Assembly (NCBI GenBank): GCA_964464435.1
Contig: CAYXGE010000001.1
Span: 9,722-73,721, forward strand
Direction of reading: 5' to 3'
DNA length: 64,000 nt
DNA from: an uncultured Methylophilaceae bacterium
Lineage (GTDB): Bacteria > Pseudomonadota > Gammaproteobacteria > Burkholderiales > Methylophilaceae
Numbering within the stretch: position 1 is the first letter of the stretch; each line of letters starts with the position of its first letter. Shown here piece after piece: positions 9,588-22,874 of this stretch. A model generated the notes under the pieces. It worked only from the letters and a program-made list of their open reading frames with translations. It did not search any database and had not been told where the DNA came from. The position numbers and the translations under genes were made by a program.

Positions 9588-10397
9588 ATGAATCAGCCAA
9601 CTATACCTGCCTCAATTGAGGATGTTCAAAACACCCCCGATGTGCGTCACTTAGCCATTGATAAAGTTGGCATTAAGTCTATTCGCCATCCAGTTAAAGT
9701 CAAAGACAAAACAGGCGGTGTGCAACATACTGTTGCTATGTTTGATATGTATGTGCATTTGCCACATAACTTTAAAGGTACACATATGTCACGCTTTGTT
9801 GAGATTCTCAACATGAATGAGCGTGAAATTTCAATTGAGTCGTTTGAGACTATTTTACGTGAGATGGTTAAACGTCTTGAAGCAGAATCTGGCTACGTTG
9901 AAATGCGTTTTCCTTATTTTATTAACAAAGCAGCCCCTGTTTCTGGCGTGCAAAGCTTGCTCGATTATGAAGTCAGCTTTATTGGTGAAATTAAAAAAGG
10001 ACAATTTGACATCACTGTTAAAGTATTAGTCCCTGTGACCAGCCTGTGCCCTTGCTCCAAAAAAATCTCTGATTACGGTGCACATAACCAACGCTCACAC
10101 GTAACAGTTACTGCGCTGATTAATGATTTTATTTGGGTGGAAGACATTATTGGTCTTGTAGAAGAACAAGCTTCTTGTCAGCTTTACGGTTTACTCAAAC
10201 GCCCAGATGAAAAATATGTAACTGAGCGTGCCTATGACAACCCTAAATTTGTAGAAGACATGGTACGTGATGTTGCGGCAAAGTTAAACGATGAAAAACG
10301 TATTGATATGTTTATTGTTGAATCAGAGAACTTTGAAAGCATTCACAATCACAGCGCATATGCACTAATTGAAAAAGATAAGCGCAAAAAGCGTTAA
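9588..10397 (+). CDS. folE2: GTP cyclohydrolase I type 2 (FolE2)
   Basis: FolE2-like pattern: the GTHMSRF motif and [21 protein letters not shown] are present. The size is ~269 aa. Confidence 0.8.
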   Translation: MNQPTIPASIEDVQNTPDVRHLAIDKVGIKSIRHPVKVKDKTGGVQHTVAMFDMYVHLPHNFKGTHMSRFVEILNMNEREISIESFETILREMVKRLEAESGYVEMRFPYFINKAAPVSGVQSLLDYEVSFIGEIKKGQFDITVKVLVPVTSLCPCSKKISDYGAHNQRSHVTVTALINDFIWVEDIIGLVEEQASCQLYGLLKRPDEKYVTERAYDNPKFVEDMVRDVAAKLNDEKRIDMFIVESENFESIHNHSAYALIEKDKRKKR

Positions 10398-10399
10398 TT

Positions 10400-10426
10400 A
10401 AAAGGCCGCAATGAGCGGCCTTTTTT
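10400..10426. terminator. bidirectional intrinsic terminator between convergent genes
   Basis: AAAA-GGCCGC-AATGA-GCGGCC-TTTTTT. Confidence 0.75.
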
Positions 10427-10427
10427 G

Positions 10428-11075
10428 TTAAAACTTCTTGGTAAGCGTCATAATAGCGTTATCTCGCTTGATATCCATGCGATTAAGCACCGACATACCT
10501 AACAACACGACTTGCGGAAAACCGCCTTCTAACACCGTTGCTTCCACCTGATTCATGACGATTCCACCAATTTTAATGGTGTTAAGATGAATACGATAAC
10601 CAATGACCAAGCCATTAGCTGTTGACATTTGTACTTGCTCACCACGTTTGTAATCAATATTGGCGTATTTAGCATCACCACTGTTAATCGCAATCGTGGT
10701 TGCCCCTGTATCCACTAAAAATTTGAGCGTAGCGCCATTAATTTGCATATCCCCCAAAAAGTGACCTTGTGAATTTGCATACAAATTCACGCTACTATTT
10801 GCACTGCTTTGTGCACTGGCAACAGATACCGCTTGTCCCATACCCAAGGTTTTTTGTTTGCCTTCCACTAAAAAGGTGGCTGTTTTGCTATCTGCAGAAA
10901 TCAGTTTTACGCCATCAAAAGATTTTCCTACCGCCAAAGTGGTTGGTTTACTGCCATTAATAATCACCACCGCTTTACCATTAAATAACCCCACCACATT
11001 CACGCTCACATCAGCAAGTGCGTTGGAAGCCAATAACCACGGGCTTACTAGGGCAGTAAATAAATAACGCTTCAT
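10428..11075 (-). CDS. retropepsin-like (clan AA) aspartic protease, TIGR02281-type, with signal/anchor
   Basis: An N-terminal signal sequence is present. FLVDTGATTIAI is the DTG active-site motif. The second half is typical of bacterial single-domain retropepsins. Confidence 0.7.
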   Translation of the reverse strand: MKRYLFTALVSPWLLASNALADVSVNVVGLFNGKAVVIINGSKPTTLAVGKSFDGVKLISADSKTATFLVEGKQKTLGMGQAVSVASAQSSANSSVNLYANSQGHFLGDMQINGATLKFLVDTGATTIAINSGDAKYANIDYKRGEQVQMSTANGLVIGYRIHLNTIKIGGIVMNQVEATVLEGGFPQVVLLGMSVLNRMDIKRDNAIMTLTKKF

Positions 11076-12244
11076 CCAAACATTCCTTTTGTATGGGGTC
11101 TATCGCTGAGTTTTAAGCCAAATGCTATCACAACAAATCCTATGAGTGGAAACATAGCGGCCAAAGAAAAAGTCATCGCACCACCCCAATACTGTAAGGC
11201 ATAACCTCCTAGCAAACCGCCCACGGTTCCGCCAACGCCATAGGCAACGCTGTTATAAATAGCTTGCCCTTTAGCTTGATGCCGCCCATTAAAAAACTGG
11301 GTAACCACTTCTACTGAAGCAGCATGAAAACTGCCAAAAGTTGCAGCATGCAAGCTTTGCGCAAGTATCAATAGCCATACATTATCAACGGCTATGCCTA
11401 TCATGCTAAAACGTATTACCGCTAACACCAAACTAACTAACATGATTGTTTTTAGGCTAAACCGTGACATTAATTTGGGCATTAGCATAAAGATTACAAT
11501 CTCACAAATCACACCCACTGCCCATAGTAGGCCTATCATGCCTTTACTGTAGCCATGCTCAGCAAGATAGATTGAATAAAAGTTGTACAGCACGCCATGC
11601 GCTGTGACCATGCATGAACAACCAATCAATAAGGCTAATACAGCAGGTTGCTGAATGATTTTCCATACAGAAAAATGGTCTGTTTCATGTGGGGGCACGT
11701 GCGGCTCTGGCAGCGTAAAAGATAGTGCAAATAGCGCAACTTGCACTGCCAATAAAAACCACAACAAACTTGCAATGCCCGCAACATCTATCATAAAGCC
11801 CAAAATCACGGCTGCTACAATAAAGCCCAATGAACCCCACATGCGAATTCGACTGTAATGACCTGTTGAAGTTGTGGCTAAATGTGCCAACGTTAAAGAT
11901 TCAGCCAAAGGCAAAGTTGAACTAGTAAATAAACTAAGCGCAGCCATTACCAAAAACATCCAAAAAAACCCATGCGCCCAAAATACTGCAGCAAACCCAA
12001 TGAGCCCCAACAATGCTGTTAACCGAATCCAAACTGCGCGTTTAGCGGTATGGTCTGCCAGCCAACCCCAAAAGTTGGGGGCAAAAATACGGCTAATTTG
12101 AAATAAAGACATCAGAATGCCAATATCAGCAGCTGAGAACTGTTCTGATTGCAGATATAAACCCCAGTAGGGGACAAAAGCCCCTACAAAAAAGTAATAG
12201 ACAAAGTAAAAGCGAGAAAGCCTAAAATAGAGGTGATGACTCAA
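11072..12244 (-). CDS. MFS transporter (HcaT/3-phenylpropionate-transporter-like subfamily)
   Basis: About 12 predicted TM helices and an N-terminal 'RLSRFYFVYYFFVGAFVPYWGLYL' typical of the MFS_1_like family. The substrate is unknown. Confidence 0.7.
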   Translation of the reverse strand: MSHHLYFRLSRFYFVYYFFVGAFVPYWGLYLQSEQFSAADIGILMSLFQISRIFAPNFWGWLADHTAKRAVWIRLTALLGLIGFAAVFWAHGFFWMFLVMAALSLFTSSTLPLAESLTLAHLATTSTGHYSRIRMWGSLGFIVAAVILGFMIDVAGIASLLWFLLAVQVALFALSFTLPEPHVPPHETDHFSVWKIIQQPAVLALLIGCSCMVTAHGVLYNFYSIYLAEHGYSKGMIGLLWAVGVICEIVIFMLMPKLMSRFSLKTIMLVSLVLAVIRFSMIGIAVDNVWLLILAQSLHAATFGSFHAASVEVVTQFFNGRHQAKGQAIYNSVAYGVGGTVGGLLGGYALQYWGGAMTFSLAAMFPLIGFVVIAFGLKLSDRPHTKGMFG

Positions 12245-12271
12245 CGTTCAAGCTTTTAAGCAAATTGGTAA

Positions 12272-13363
12272 TTAAATAGTAGGGGTGCTAGATACGACAT
12301 CGGCATTTTGTCCACGATGGCGTAAGGCATGGTCCATTAACACCAAGGCTAGCATCGCTTCTACAATGGGGGTTGCGCGTATGCCTACACATGGGTCATG
12401 GCGACCTGTCGTTTGCATCATTACTGCGTTTCCGTTTTTGTCGATTGAATGACGCTCTTGTGGAATGCTAGAAGTAGGTTTAAATGCAACATTCACTCGA
12501 ATTTCTTGACCACTTGAAATACCGCCAAGAATACCGCCAGCATGATTTGTCGCAAATCCTTTTGGTGTTAATTCATCACAATGTTCACTACCACGTTGCG
12601 CAACCGTGGCAAACCCATCGCCTATCTCAACGCCTTTTACAGCGTTAATCCCCATCATCGCGTAGGCAATTTCGGCATCTAGTCTATCGAAAATTGGCTC
12701 GCCTAACCCAACCGGTACATGGTCTGCAACCACTGTGATTTTAGCGCCAACTGAATCACGTTCTGCACGTATGCTATCAAGATAAGCTTCTAACTTAGGA
12801 ATAATTTCCAAGTTGGGTGAAAACAACATATTGCCTTGTTGGCTTAACGCATCCCAACTAACAAAAGGAATGTCAATCTCACCCAATTGACTTAAATAGC
12901 CACGAATCTGGATGCCATACTTTTGTTTAAGCCACTTTTTAGCAATCGCACCTGCAGCCACGCGTACCGCAGTTTCACGCGCGCTTGAGCGACCACCACC
13001 ACGATAGTCACGAATACCGTATTTTTGTTGGTAAGTATAATCGGCATGCCCTGGACGAAACGTATTCATGATTTTGCTATAGTCTTGACTACGCTGATCA
13101 GTATTACGAATCAGTAATCCTATGGGGTGACCCGTGGTTTTACCCTCAAACACCCCTGACAAAATTTCCACTTCATCCGCTTCGGCGCGTTGTGTCACAT
13201 GGCGCGATGTACCTGGCTTACGTCTATCTAAATCAACTTGCAAATCTGCCGCAGACAATTCTAAACCAGGCGGGCAACCATCGACTACACCGCCAATAGC
13301 AGGCCCGTGCGATTCACCAAAAGAAGTGAGTGTAAATAAAGTACCAATGGTGTTGCCTGACAT
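12272..13363 (-). CDS. aroC: chorismate synthase
   Basis: [28 protein letters not shown] and GRHDPCV are present. Confidence 0.95.
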   Translation of the reverse strand: MSGNTIGTLFTLTSFGESHGPAIGGVVDGCPPGLELSAADLQVDLDRRKPGTSRHVTQRAEADEVEILSGVFEGKTTGHPIGLLIRNTDQRSQDYSKIMNTFRPGHADYTYQQKYGIRDYRGGGRSSARETAVRVAAGAIAKKWLKQKYGIQIRGYLSQLGEIDIPFVSWDALSQQGNMLFSPNLEIIPKLEAYLDSIRAERDSVGAKITVVADHVPVGLGEPIFDRLDAEIAYAMMGINAVKGVEIGDGFATVAQRGSEHCDELTPKGFATNHAGGILGGISSGQEIRVNVAFKPTSSIPQERHSIDKNGNAVMMQTTGRHDPCVGIRATPIVEAMLALVLMDHALRHRGQNADVVSSTPTI

Positions 13364-13421
13364 GAGTAATCTCTTAAACTTGAAAACCCCATAAGTTTAC
13401 CACAAGGCACTGCTTGTGCAC

Positions 13422-14132
13422 TTAGCTATGCTTTAAGCCACTTATCCACTGTGTATAGACCTGTTTGGCCACTTTATTCAGAAAGAAAATGTGCAAGTCT
13501 AGGGTTTCTTGCATGATTGCTGCTGGTTGCACCGCAGGGCTTGCTTGAGAGGCATGCAACTCTTCTGCCCCTGTTTCGCACCATACTCGCACCATATCAG
13601 CCGTCATTTCTACATGACATTGAAATGCCAGATGCTGACCCATCGCCCAAGCTTGATTCTGACAATACGCACTCGCAAGCAAATGAGTTGCACCCTCTGG
13701 CAAGGTAAAGGTTTCACCGTGCCAATGAAAACTATTAAATGACTCAAGCGCGCCAAACCATTTTTTTGCCTCATCATTTTGCGTCACATGCACCACACCC
13801 CAACCGATTTCTTTGACTGGGTTTGCACTCACTACACCGCCCAGTGCTTTACTCATCAACTGCCCACCCAAGCAATGTCCAAGTACAGGAATATTATGCG
13901 CTACTGCTTCACGAATCAGCGCCAACGCTGAGGCAATCCAAGGTAAGTCATCATTCACACTCATGGGGCCACCCATAAACACGAGGCCACTATATGCCTG
14001 TGCTGAAATAGGCATTGCCTCACCTAAATCAATACGCACTTCGCACCATGGAATACCATGTTGCTCCAAAAAAGTGCCTAAATAACCCGCACCCTCAGTG
14101 CGCGCATGGCGAAACACCACGACTGGTTTCAT
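13422..14132 (-). CDS. class I glutamine amidotransferase-like protein
   Basis: The nucleophile elbow GHCLGGQ and a downstream CHVE are present, giving a GMP-synthase-like GATase fold. Confidence 0.7.
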   Translation of the reverse strand: MKPVVVFRHARTEGAGYLGTFLEQHGIPWCEVRIDLGEAMPISAQAYSGLVFMGGPMSVNDDLPWIASALALIREAVAHNIPVLGHCLGGQLMSKALGGVVSANPVKEIGWGVVHVTQNDEAKKWFGALESFNSFHWHGETFTLPEGATHLLASAYCQNQAWAMGQHLAFQCHVEMTADMVRVWCETGAEELHASQASPAVQPAAIMQETLDLHIFFLNKVAKQVYTQWISGLKHS

Positions 14133-14677
14133 CTGTTTCCTTTACTATCAATTTGCTTGTACTCACCAAGCAAAATTCCATCCAAGTTGTAATTGCCTAT
14201 AGCATATCGAATTAAACGCAAGGTTGGAAAGCCTATATGCGCTGTCATACGCCTTACTTGGCGGTTTTTACCTTCACTGATTTTAATTTCCAACCAAGTC
14301 GTTGGTATCGCTTTACGTTCTCGTATAGGTGGGTTGCGTGCCCATAAATCTGCTGGCTCGTCCATCAGCCGCACTTGCGCAGGTTGGGTCATAAAATCCC
14401 CCAAATCCACACCTGTTAAAAGTGGCATTAAATCTGCTTGTGTAGGGGCACCTTCTACTTGTACCCAATAGGTTTTAATTTCTTTATGCTTTGGATGACT
14501 TAAACGATGTTGTAAAGTGCCATCATCGGTTAAAATAAGCAAGCCCTCAGAATCAGTGTCCAGTCTTCCGGCTGCATACACATTGGGAATAGCGATAAAG
14601 TCTTTTAACGTAGCATGTTTCTCATGCGGACTAAACTGACAGACCACATTAAATGGCTTATTGAACAAAATAATCAT
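14129..14677 (-). CDS. rluE: 23S rRNA pseudouridine synthase, RluE-like
   Basis: [13 protein letters not shown] and the RsuA/RluE catalytic motif [19 protein letters not shown] are present. Confidence 0.8.
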   Translation of the reverse strand: MIILFNKPFNVVCQFSPHEKHATLKDFIAIPNVYAAGRLDTDSEGLLILTDDGTLQHRLSHPKHKEIKTYWVQVEGAPTQADLMPLLTGVDLGDFMTQPAQVRLMDEPADLWARNPPIRERKAIPTTWLEIKISEGKNRQVRRMTAHIGFPTLRLIRYAIGNYNLDGILLGEYKQIDSKGNR

Positions 14678-14692
14678 GTTAGGAACGATGTA

Positions 14693-15946
14693 ATGGCTTC
14701 AAAAATTAAAATCCCAAGCTCAGGCACAAAAATTACTGTTAATGCTGATAATACCCTTAATGTGCCAGATACCCCGATTATCCCATTTATTGAGGGTGAC
14801 GGTATTGGTATTGATATTACACCACCGATGATTAAAGTGGTGGATGCTGCTGTTAACAAAGCCTATGGCGGTCAACGCAAAATCTCTTGGATGGAAGTGT
14901 ATGCGGGCGAGAAGTCTACCAAAATCTATAATAAAGATGCAGATGGAAAAGAAGTTTGGCTTTCTGATGAAACCATGAAGGCACTTAAAGAATATGTCAT
15001 TTCTATCAAAGGCCCACTGACTACACCTGTAGGTGGAGGTATTCGCTCGCTTAATGTCACATTACGGCAAGAGCTTGATTTATATGTATGTTTACGTCCA
15101 ATTCAATATTTCACTGGCGTGCCTAGTCCCGTCAAACACCCTGAAAAAACCGATATGGTGATTTTCCGTGAAAATACAGAAGACATTTATGCTGGTATTG
15201 AATGGGCCGCAGGCAGTGATGAAGTTAAAAAGGTCATCGCCTTTTTAAGCGATATGGGCGTGCGTAAAAAAATCCGCTTCCCAGAGGCTTCAGCAATTGG
15301 TATCAAGCCTGTATCTATAGATGGTAGCAAACGCCTGATTCGCAAAGCCATTCAATATGCGATAGATAATAACCGTAAATCTGTCACCATCACCCACAAA
15401 GGCAATATCATGAAGTACACCGAAGGTGGCTTTAGGGATTGGGGCTACGAGCTGGCCAAAGAAGAATTTGGCGCGGTACCTATTGATGGTGGTCCTTGGT
15501 GCAAACTGCCCAACGGCATTGTGATTAAAGACTGTATTGCCGATGCTTTCTTGCAAGAAATTTTACTGCACCCCGCTGATTATGATGTGGTGGCTGCGCT
15601 TAACTTAAACGGTGACTACATGAGTGATGCATTGGCCGCACAAGTGGGTGGTATTGGCATTGCCCCTGGTGCTAACTTGAGTGACACTGTGGCGATGTTT
15701 GAAGCGACCCACGGCACAGCACCTAAAATTGCAGGTAAAGACATGGCTAACCCAAGCTCATTAATATTATCTGCTGAAATGATGCTACGTCATATGGGTT
15801 GGGTTGAAGCTGCTGATTTAGTCCTAGCAGGCGTGGGCAAAGCCATTGCAAGCAAACGTGTAACTATCGACTTTTCGTCACAAATGGAAGGCGCTACACA
15901 AGTTGGCTCTGCACAATTTGGCGATGAAATCATTGCCAATATGTAA
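14693..15946 (+). CDS. icd: NADP-dependent isocitrate dehydrogenase
   Basis: [31 protein letters not shown] is nearly identical to the enterobacterial Icd motif. I place the start at the ATG at 14693 (MASKIKIP...). The upstream 26 codons of the tracked ORF overlap rluE and look spurious. Confidence 0.92.
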   Translation: MASKIKIPSSGTKITVNADNTLNVPDTPIIPFIEGDGIGIDITPPMIKVVDAAVNKAYGGQRKISWMEVYAGEKSTKIYNKDADGKEVWLSDETMKALKEYVISIKGPLTTPVGGGIRSLNVTLRQELDLYVCLRPIQYFTGVPSPVKHPEKTDMVIFRENTEDIYAGIEWAAGSDEVKKVIAFLSDMGVRKKIRFPEASAIGIKPVSIDGSKRLIRKAIQYAIDNNRKSVTITHKGNIMKYTEGGFRDWGYELAKEEFGAVPIDGGPWCKLPNGIVIKDCIADAFLQEILLHPADYDVVAALNLNGDYMSDALAAQVGGIGIAPGANLSDTVAMFEATHGTAPKIAGKDMANPSSLILSAEMMLRHMGWVEAADLVLAGVGKAIASKRVTIDFSSQMEGATQVGSAQFGDEIIANM

Positions 15947-15966
15947 TTTCATTTAATTTTGGTAAT

Positions 15967-15997
15967 AAAAAAACCGAACGTTAAGTTCGGTTTTTTT
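15967..15997. terminator. bidirectional intrinsic terminator (icd / purK convergent)
   Basis: AAAAAAA-CCGAAC-GTTAA-GTTCGG-TTTTTTT. Confidence 0.8.
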
Positions 15998-16011
15998 GTG
16001 GCTATCGCAGA

Positions 16012-17166
16012 CTAAAACAATTCGTTTTCACCAATACCTAACTCACGTCTTGCTTGCATGGCTTGCGCCACTACAGTTTCTTCTACTTTACCAAGCGCTG
16101 TAAAATGCCCCATTTTTCTGCCTTTACGCGCTTCGTGCTTGCCATACAAATGCAATTTTAACTCAGGGTGTGCAAACGCTTTATTCCACTGGGGTTCTGC
16201 GCCATCTTTCCAAACGTCTCCCAGAATATTAACCATCACCGCGTAGCTATGCATTCTAGCGTCGCCCAATGGCAGGCCTGTAAGCGCACGTACTTGTTGT
16301 TCAAATTGATTGGTGACACAAGCATCAATAGTGTAATGTCCTGAATTATGTGGGCGTGGTGCCATTTCATTGACTAACAACTGGCCATCACTCACAAAAA
16401 ATTCCACGCCCAAAACACCTACATAATCAAGCTGCTCTGCAATATGTATCGCATAAGCGTGGGCTTGCTCATGAATGGCCTCTGGTGCGCGTGCAGGTAC
16501 AATACTCACATCTAAAATACCGTTAAGATGGCTATTTTCTGCAGTTGGGAAAGCCACCACACGTCCGTTTTCAGCACGTGCCAACACCACTGAAACTTCA
16601 TAATCTAGGCTCAACATTTTCTCTAGCACGCATTGTTCTTGTTTGAAACTGGCAAATGCGGCCACAGCTTCGGCCTGATTTTTGACTCGAGCTTGGCCTT
16701 TGCCATCGTATCCAAAGCGCGCTACTTTAAGTATTGCAGGGTAAACATCATTACCATCGACAGGAATATCAGCCTCAGTGTTAATCACCACAAATGGTGC
16801 AACAGGTAGCCCTTTATCGCGGATAAATTGTTTTTCACTCACGCGATGTTGTGCAATCGCAACTGCACTGGCTGATGGATGCACTGTGGTTTTATTGGCT
16901 AAATATTCAAGCGTTGCGGCTGGTACATTTTCAAATTCTGTACTAATGGCTGCACAGGTTAACGCCATGTCTTCTAATGCTGCTTGGTCATCAAACGCGG
17001 CACAAATATGCACATCGGCCAACATGCCTGCAGGGCTGTTTTTATCTGGGTCTAACACAGTCACTTTGTAGCCCATTTCATGCGCTGCAATCACAAAAAA
17101 ACGACCAAGTTGGCCACCACCAAGCATGCCCAACATCGCGGGCGGTAAGATTTGTTTAGAACTCAC
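16012..17166 (-). CDS. purK: 5-(carboxyamino)imidazole ribonucleotide synthase
   Basis: ATP-grasp protein with [11 protein letters not shown]. It lies downstream of purE and overlaps it by 4 nt. Confidence 0.9.
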   Translation of the reverse strand: MSSKQILPPAMLGMLGGGQLGRFFVIAAHEMGYKVTVLDPDKNSPAGMLADVHICAAFDDQAALEDMALTCAAISTEFENVPAATLEYLANKTTVHPSASAVAIAQHRVSEKQFIRDKGLPVAPFVVINTEADIPVDGNDVYPAILKVARFGYDGKGQARVKNQAEAVAAFASFKQEQCVLEKMLSLDYEVSVVLARAENGRVVAFPTAENSHLNGILDVSIVPARAPEAIHEQAHAYAIHIAEQLDYVGVLGVEFFVSDGQLLVNEMAPRPHNSGHYTIDACVTNQFEQQVRALTGLPLGDARMHSYAVMVNILGDVWKDGAEPQWNKAFAHPELKLHLYGKHEARKGRKMGHFTALGKVEETVVAQAMQARRELGIGENELF

Positions 17167-17663
17167 GGCTGCTCCGATAATTGCATATTGTGAACTTTAT
17201 TCGCTTGCGCCAAACGGAAATCATCCAGTTTTTGGCGCAATGTCTCGTTTTGATTAGCCAATATTGAAATGGCAAATAAGCCTGCATTCGCTGCCCCTGC
17301 ATCACCGATGGCAAATGTAGCCACCGGAATACCTTTAGGCATTTGCACGATGGAAAGTAAAGAATCTTGCCCTTGCAAATGTTTAGAAGGCACTGGCACA
17401 CCCAACACCGGAAGTGTGGTTTTTGCCGCCACCATACCTGGTAAATGAGCAGCACCGCCAGCACCTGCAATAATCACCTGAAACCCATTTGCGCAGGCTT
17501 CTTCGGCAAATTTAAACATTAAATCAGGGGTTCGATGCGCTGACACTACTTTGGCTTCATAAGCGACACCGAAATCAGCAAGCATCTGTGCCGCATGACG
17601 CATCACGGGCCAATCACTGTCTGAGCCCATAATAATGGCAACTTGCGCTTTTTGATTTGTCAT
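17163..17663 (-). CDS. purE: 5-(carboxyamino)imidazole ribonucleotide mutase
   Basis: [14 protein letters not shown] and [13 protein letters not shown] are present. Confidence 0.95.
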   Translation of the reverse strand: MTNQKAQVAIIMGSDSDWPVMRHAAQMLADFGVAYEAKVVSAHRTPDLMFKFAEEACANGFQVIIAGAGGAAHLPGMVAAKTTLPVLGVPVPSKHLQGQDSLLSIVQMPKGIPVATFAIGDAGAANAGLFAISILANQNETLRQKLDDFRLAQANKVHNMQLSEQP

Positions 17664-17766
17664 TGATAAAACCTTTCTAAGGTTATTTTATTTAAAGCAA
17701 CACCAGATTGTGGCTTTGGCTGCTACTCTTAACTTAAAAGTTAGACTGCGCCAAAACTTAATATTC

Positions 17767-20074
<2,308 letters not shown>

Positions 20075-20120
20075 TTATGGCCAGAATACTTAACCATTCT
20101 AATGTATTTAAGCTAAAAAC

Positions 20121-20150
20121 AAAAAAGCCCTATCATTAAGACAGGGCTTC
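20121..20150 (-). terminator. intrinsic terminator/attenuator between rpmA and obg
   Basis: The minus strand reads AGCCCTGTC-TTAATGA-TAGGGCT followed by TTTTTT. Confidence 0.6.
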
Positions 20151-20167
20151 TTGCGAACCAGATTAAA

Positions 20168-20425
20168 TTAAACTGGAACGATATTAACTAATTGGCGTTT
20201 TAAAGCACCTTTAATGCAGAACGTGACTTTACCGTCTACTTTTGCAAATAAAGTGTGGTCTTTGCCCATGCCCACATTTTCACCTGCGTGCATTTTAGTA
20301 CCGCGTTGACGCACAATAATGCTACCTGCAGATACTATTGTTTCACCAAATGCTTTAACGCCTAAACGTTTTGCCTGTGAGTCGCGACCGTTACGTGAAC
20401 TACCGCCAGCTTTTTTATGTGCCAT
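20168..20425 (-). CDS. rpmA: 50S ribosomal protein L27
   Basis: [22 protein letters not shown]. Confidence 0.97.
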   Translation of the reverse strand: MAHKKAGGSSRNGRDSQAKRLGVKAFGETIVSAGSIIVRQRGTKMHAGENVGMGKDHTLFAKVDGKVTFCIKGALKRQLVNIVPV

Positions 20426-20427
20426 GA

Positions 20428-20793
20428 TTACTCCTTATCAGCTGCTTTAGCTTTTTTAGCAGCAGGTTTTTTTGCAGTTGTTGCACTGCCAAAATCGCCA
20501 ATTTGAATTTCTGTGTAACTTTGACGATGACCTTGTGATTTGCGATAGTGTTTACGACGACGCATTTTGAAGATTGTTACTTTATCACCACGACCATGTG
20601 ACAACACGGTTGCAGTTACTGAAGCGCCATCTACCAATGGCGCACCAATAGTGACATTCTCACCATCAGCCATCACCAACACTTTATCTAAAGTAACGCT
20701 GCTACCAACGTCACCTAATAATTTTTCAACTTTAATTCTTTGACCTGGGGCTACACGATATTGCTTGCCACCCGTTTTAATTACTGCGTACAT
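20428..20793 (-). CDS. rplU: 50S ribosomal protein L21
   Basis: [14 protein letters not shown] is the canonical L21 N-terminus. The tracked ORF's 17 extra N-terminal codons are probably not translated. There is a Lys/Ala-rich C-terminal tail. Confidence 0.93.
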   Translation of the reverse strand: MYAVIKTGGKQYRVAPGQRIKVEKLLGDVGSSVTLDKVLVMADGENVTIGAPLVDGASVTATVLSHGRGDKVTIFKMRRRKHYRKSQGHRQSYTEIQIGDFGSATTAKKPAAKKAKAADKE

Positions 20794-20954
20794 ATTAAGC
20801 CTCGCTACTTTGGCGCTTTCAAATAAGCCGAGCATTATATCCAATATTTATGAGTAGTGCAAACCAAACAGTGTATTTTTCTTTGATTTTTCTTTACCGT
20901 ATTTAACCAGACCTACCCTGTGTTAAAATAATTGTCATTAAATAGGTAATTCAA

Positions 20955-21923
20955 TTGTCTTTAGATCAAATTCAATCATGTATTGCTGCCGATATGCAGG
21001 CAGTGAACCAAGTGATTCGGTCATCACTTCATTCTGAAGTCACATTAGTGAATCAGATTGCCGATTATATCGTAAACAGCGGCGGAAAACGCCTGAGACC
21101 TGCTTTAGTGTTATTGTCTGCGGGTGCATTTGGGCAAGTCACATCGCAACATCACCAATTGGCAGCTATAGTTGAATTTATTCATACCGCCACTTTATTA
21201 CATGATGACGTTGTAGATGAATCTGCCTTAAGAAGGGGACGTGCTACAGCCAACACCATGTTTGGTAATGCCGCGAGCGTTTTAGTGGGTGACTTTGTTT
21301 ACTCGCGAGCATTTCAAATGATGGTCAGTATTCAGAACATGCGTGTCATGGACGTTCTAGCCGAAGCAACTAATGTGATTGCTGAAGGTGAAGTATTGCA
21401 ATTATTGAATATTCATAATGCAGACATTAGCGATGCAGATTATTTAAAAGTCATTCATCACAAAACGGCAAAACTGTTTGAAGCAGCCACGCGTTTGGGT
21501 GCAATTATTTGCAATGCTAGCGTACATGATGAACAAGCCATGGCAGAGTACGGCATGCGTTTAGGCATCGCTTTTCAACTTATTGATGATGTGCTAGACC
21601 TGAGTGGCTCTAGCGAGTCCATTGGTAAAAATCTAGGGGATGACTTAGCAGAAGGCAAGCCTACCATGCCATTACTCATTGCAATGCGTAAAGGTACACC
21701 TGAGCAACGAGAGATTATTCGTCATGCCATTCAACAAGGTGGTATCGATGTACTGCCTGAAGTATTAAGCGCGGTTAAGGCAACCAAAGCGCTTGAAAGC
21801 GTTAAAGCACTTGCCCAACAAGAAGCCTCCCAAGCCTTTGCGGCCATTGCTCACTTGCCTCCGAGCCCTCACTTACAGGCGTTAAAATTACTTGCTGAAT
21901 TTGCAGTAGAACGCCAATTTTAG
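20955..21923 (+). CDS. ispB: octaprenyl diphosphate synthase
   Basis: LLHDDVVDES..RRG and FQLIDDVLD are present. It is divergent from rplU, as in many proteobacteria. The start codon is TTG. Confidence 0.9.
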   Translation: MSLDQIQSCIAADMQAVNQVIRSSLHSEVTLVNQIADYIVNSGGKRLRPALVLLSAGAFGQVTSQHHQLAAIVEFIHTATLLHDDVVDESALRRGRATANTMFGNAASVLVGDFVYSRAFQMMVSIQNMRVMDVLAEATNVIAEGEVLQLLNIHNADISDADYLKVIHHKTAKLFEAATRLGAIICNASVHDEQAMAEYGMRLGIAFQLIDDVLDLSGSSESIGKNLGDDLAEGKPTMPLLIAMRKGTPEQREIIRHAIQQGGIDVLPEVLSAVKATKALESVKALAQQEASQAFAAIAHLPPSPHLQALKLLAEFAVERQF

Positions 21924-22003
21924 CGTTGTTATTTCACACATCTTGCCATTACCCTAGAAATAGTGGGATGATGCAATTTCTTAAATTTAATAGAACTTAA
22001 ATC

Positions 22004-22873
22004 ATGCCTGATTTTTTAGTCAACGCCTCTCAAGTACTTCAAACCATGCCCAGCATATATATTGTGGTAACCGTTTTATTTGGTTTGATGATAGGCAGTT
22101 TTTTAAATGTCGTTATCCATCGCCTTCCCATCATGATGGAACGCGAGTGGCATCGAAATTGTGCTGAACTACAAGGCAAAGAACCCCCTGAAGAAACACC
22201 ATATACCCTATCAAAACCACGTTCAGCCTGTCCAAAATGTGGTCACATGATTACCGCTTTAGAAAATATTCCTGTGTTTAGTTATCTTTTTTTACGCGGC
22301 AAATGCTCATCCTGTAAAACCCCTATAAGCATTCGCTATCCATTAATCGAGGCCTTAACTGGCTTGCTTTCTGGCTTAATTGCATGGAAATTTGGCTATA
22401 CCGCCCAAGCATTTGGCGCTTTAATTTTCACCTACGTGTTGATTGCGCTTACTTTTATTGATGCCGACACACAATTATTACCTGACGACCTTACCTTACC
22501 GCTCGTTTGGTTGGGCTTGCTGTTTAATTTGAGTAATGTGTTTACTGACTTACAGTCTGCTGTGATTGGTGCCATGGCTGGTTACTTTATTTTATGGGCG
22601 GTATTTTGGTTATTTAAAATAGTCACAGGTAAAGAGGGGATGGGTTACGGCGATTTTAAATTACTGGCCGCTATTGGCGCTTGGTTTGGCTGGCAATTAA
22701 TTCCTGCTGTCATTCTGTTATCGTCTGTTGTGGGTTCAATTATTGGTATCGGACTTATTGTTTTTGCAAAACACGGCAGAAATGTAGGCATTCCGTTTGG
22801 GCCATATTTAGCCCTCGGTGGTATTGCTGCACTATTTTTTGGCGCTGAGCTATCACGTTTTTATCTCACCTAA
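22004..22873 (+). CDS. pilD: prepilin peptidase / N-methyltransferase (A24 family)
   Basis: The Cys cluster CPKCGH...CSSCK, polytopic TM helices and the catalytic-Asp context GYGDFKLL are present. Confidence 0.9.
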   Translation: MPDFLVNASQVLQTMPSIYIVVTVLFGLMIGSFLNVVIHRLPIMMEREWHRNCAELQGKEPPEETPYTLSKPRSACPKCGHMITALENIPVFSYLFLRGKCSSCKTPISIRYPLIEALTGLLSGLIAWKFGYTAQAFGALIFTYVLIALTFIDADTQLLPDDLTLPLVWLGLLFNLSNVFTDLQSAVIGAMAGYFILWAVFWLFKIVTGKEGMGYGDFKLLAAIGAWFGWQLIPAVILLSSVVGSIIGIGLIVFAKHGRNVGIPFGPYLALGGIAALFFGAELSRFYLT

Positions 22874-22874
22874 T

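Noticed and set aside
14615-14692. N-terminal extensions of tracked ORFs: icd at 14615, rplU to 20844, coaE at 22818, NlpC/P60 at 40080, dacB to 45938, dolP at 54473, TlpA-like to 56096, and the lipoprotein to 25445.
   Set aside because: In each case an internal start gives the canonical family N-terminus or signal peptide and removes overlap with the neighbouring gene.
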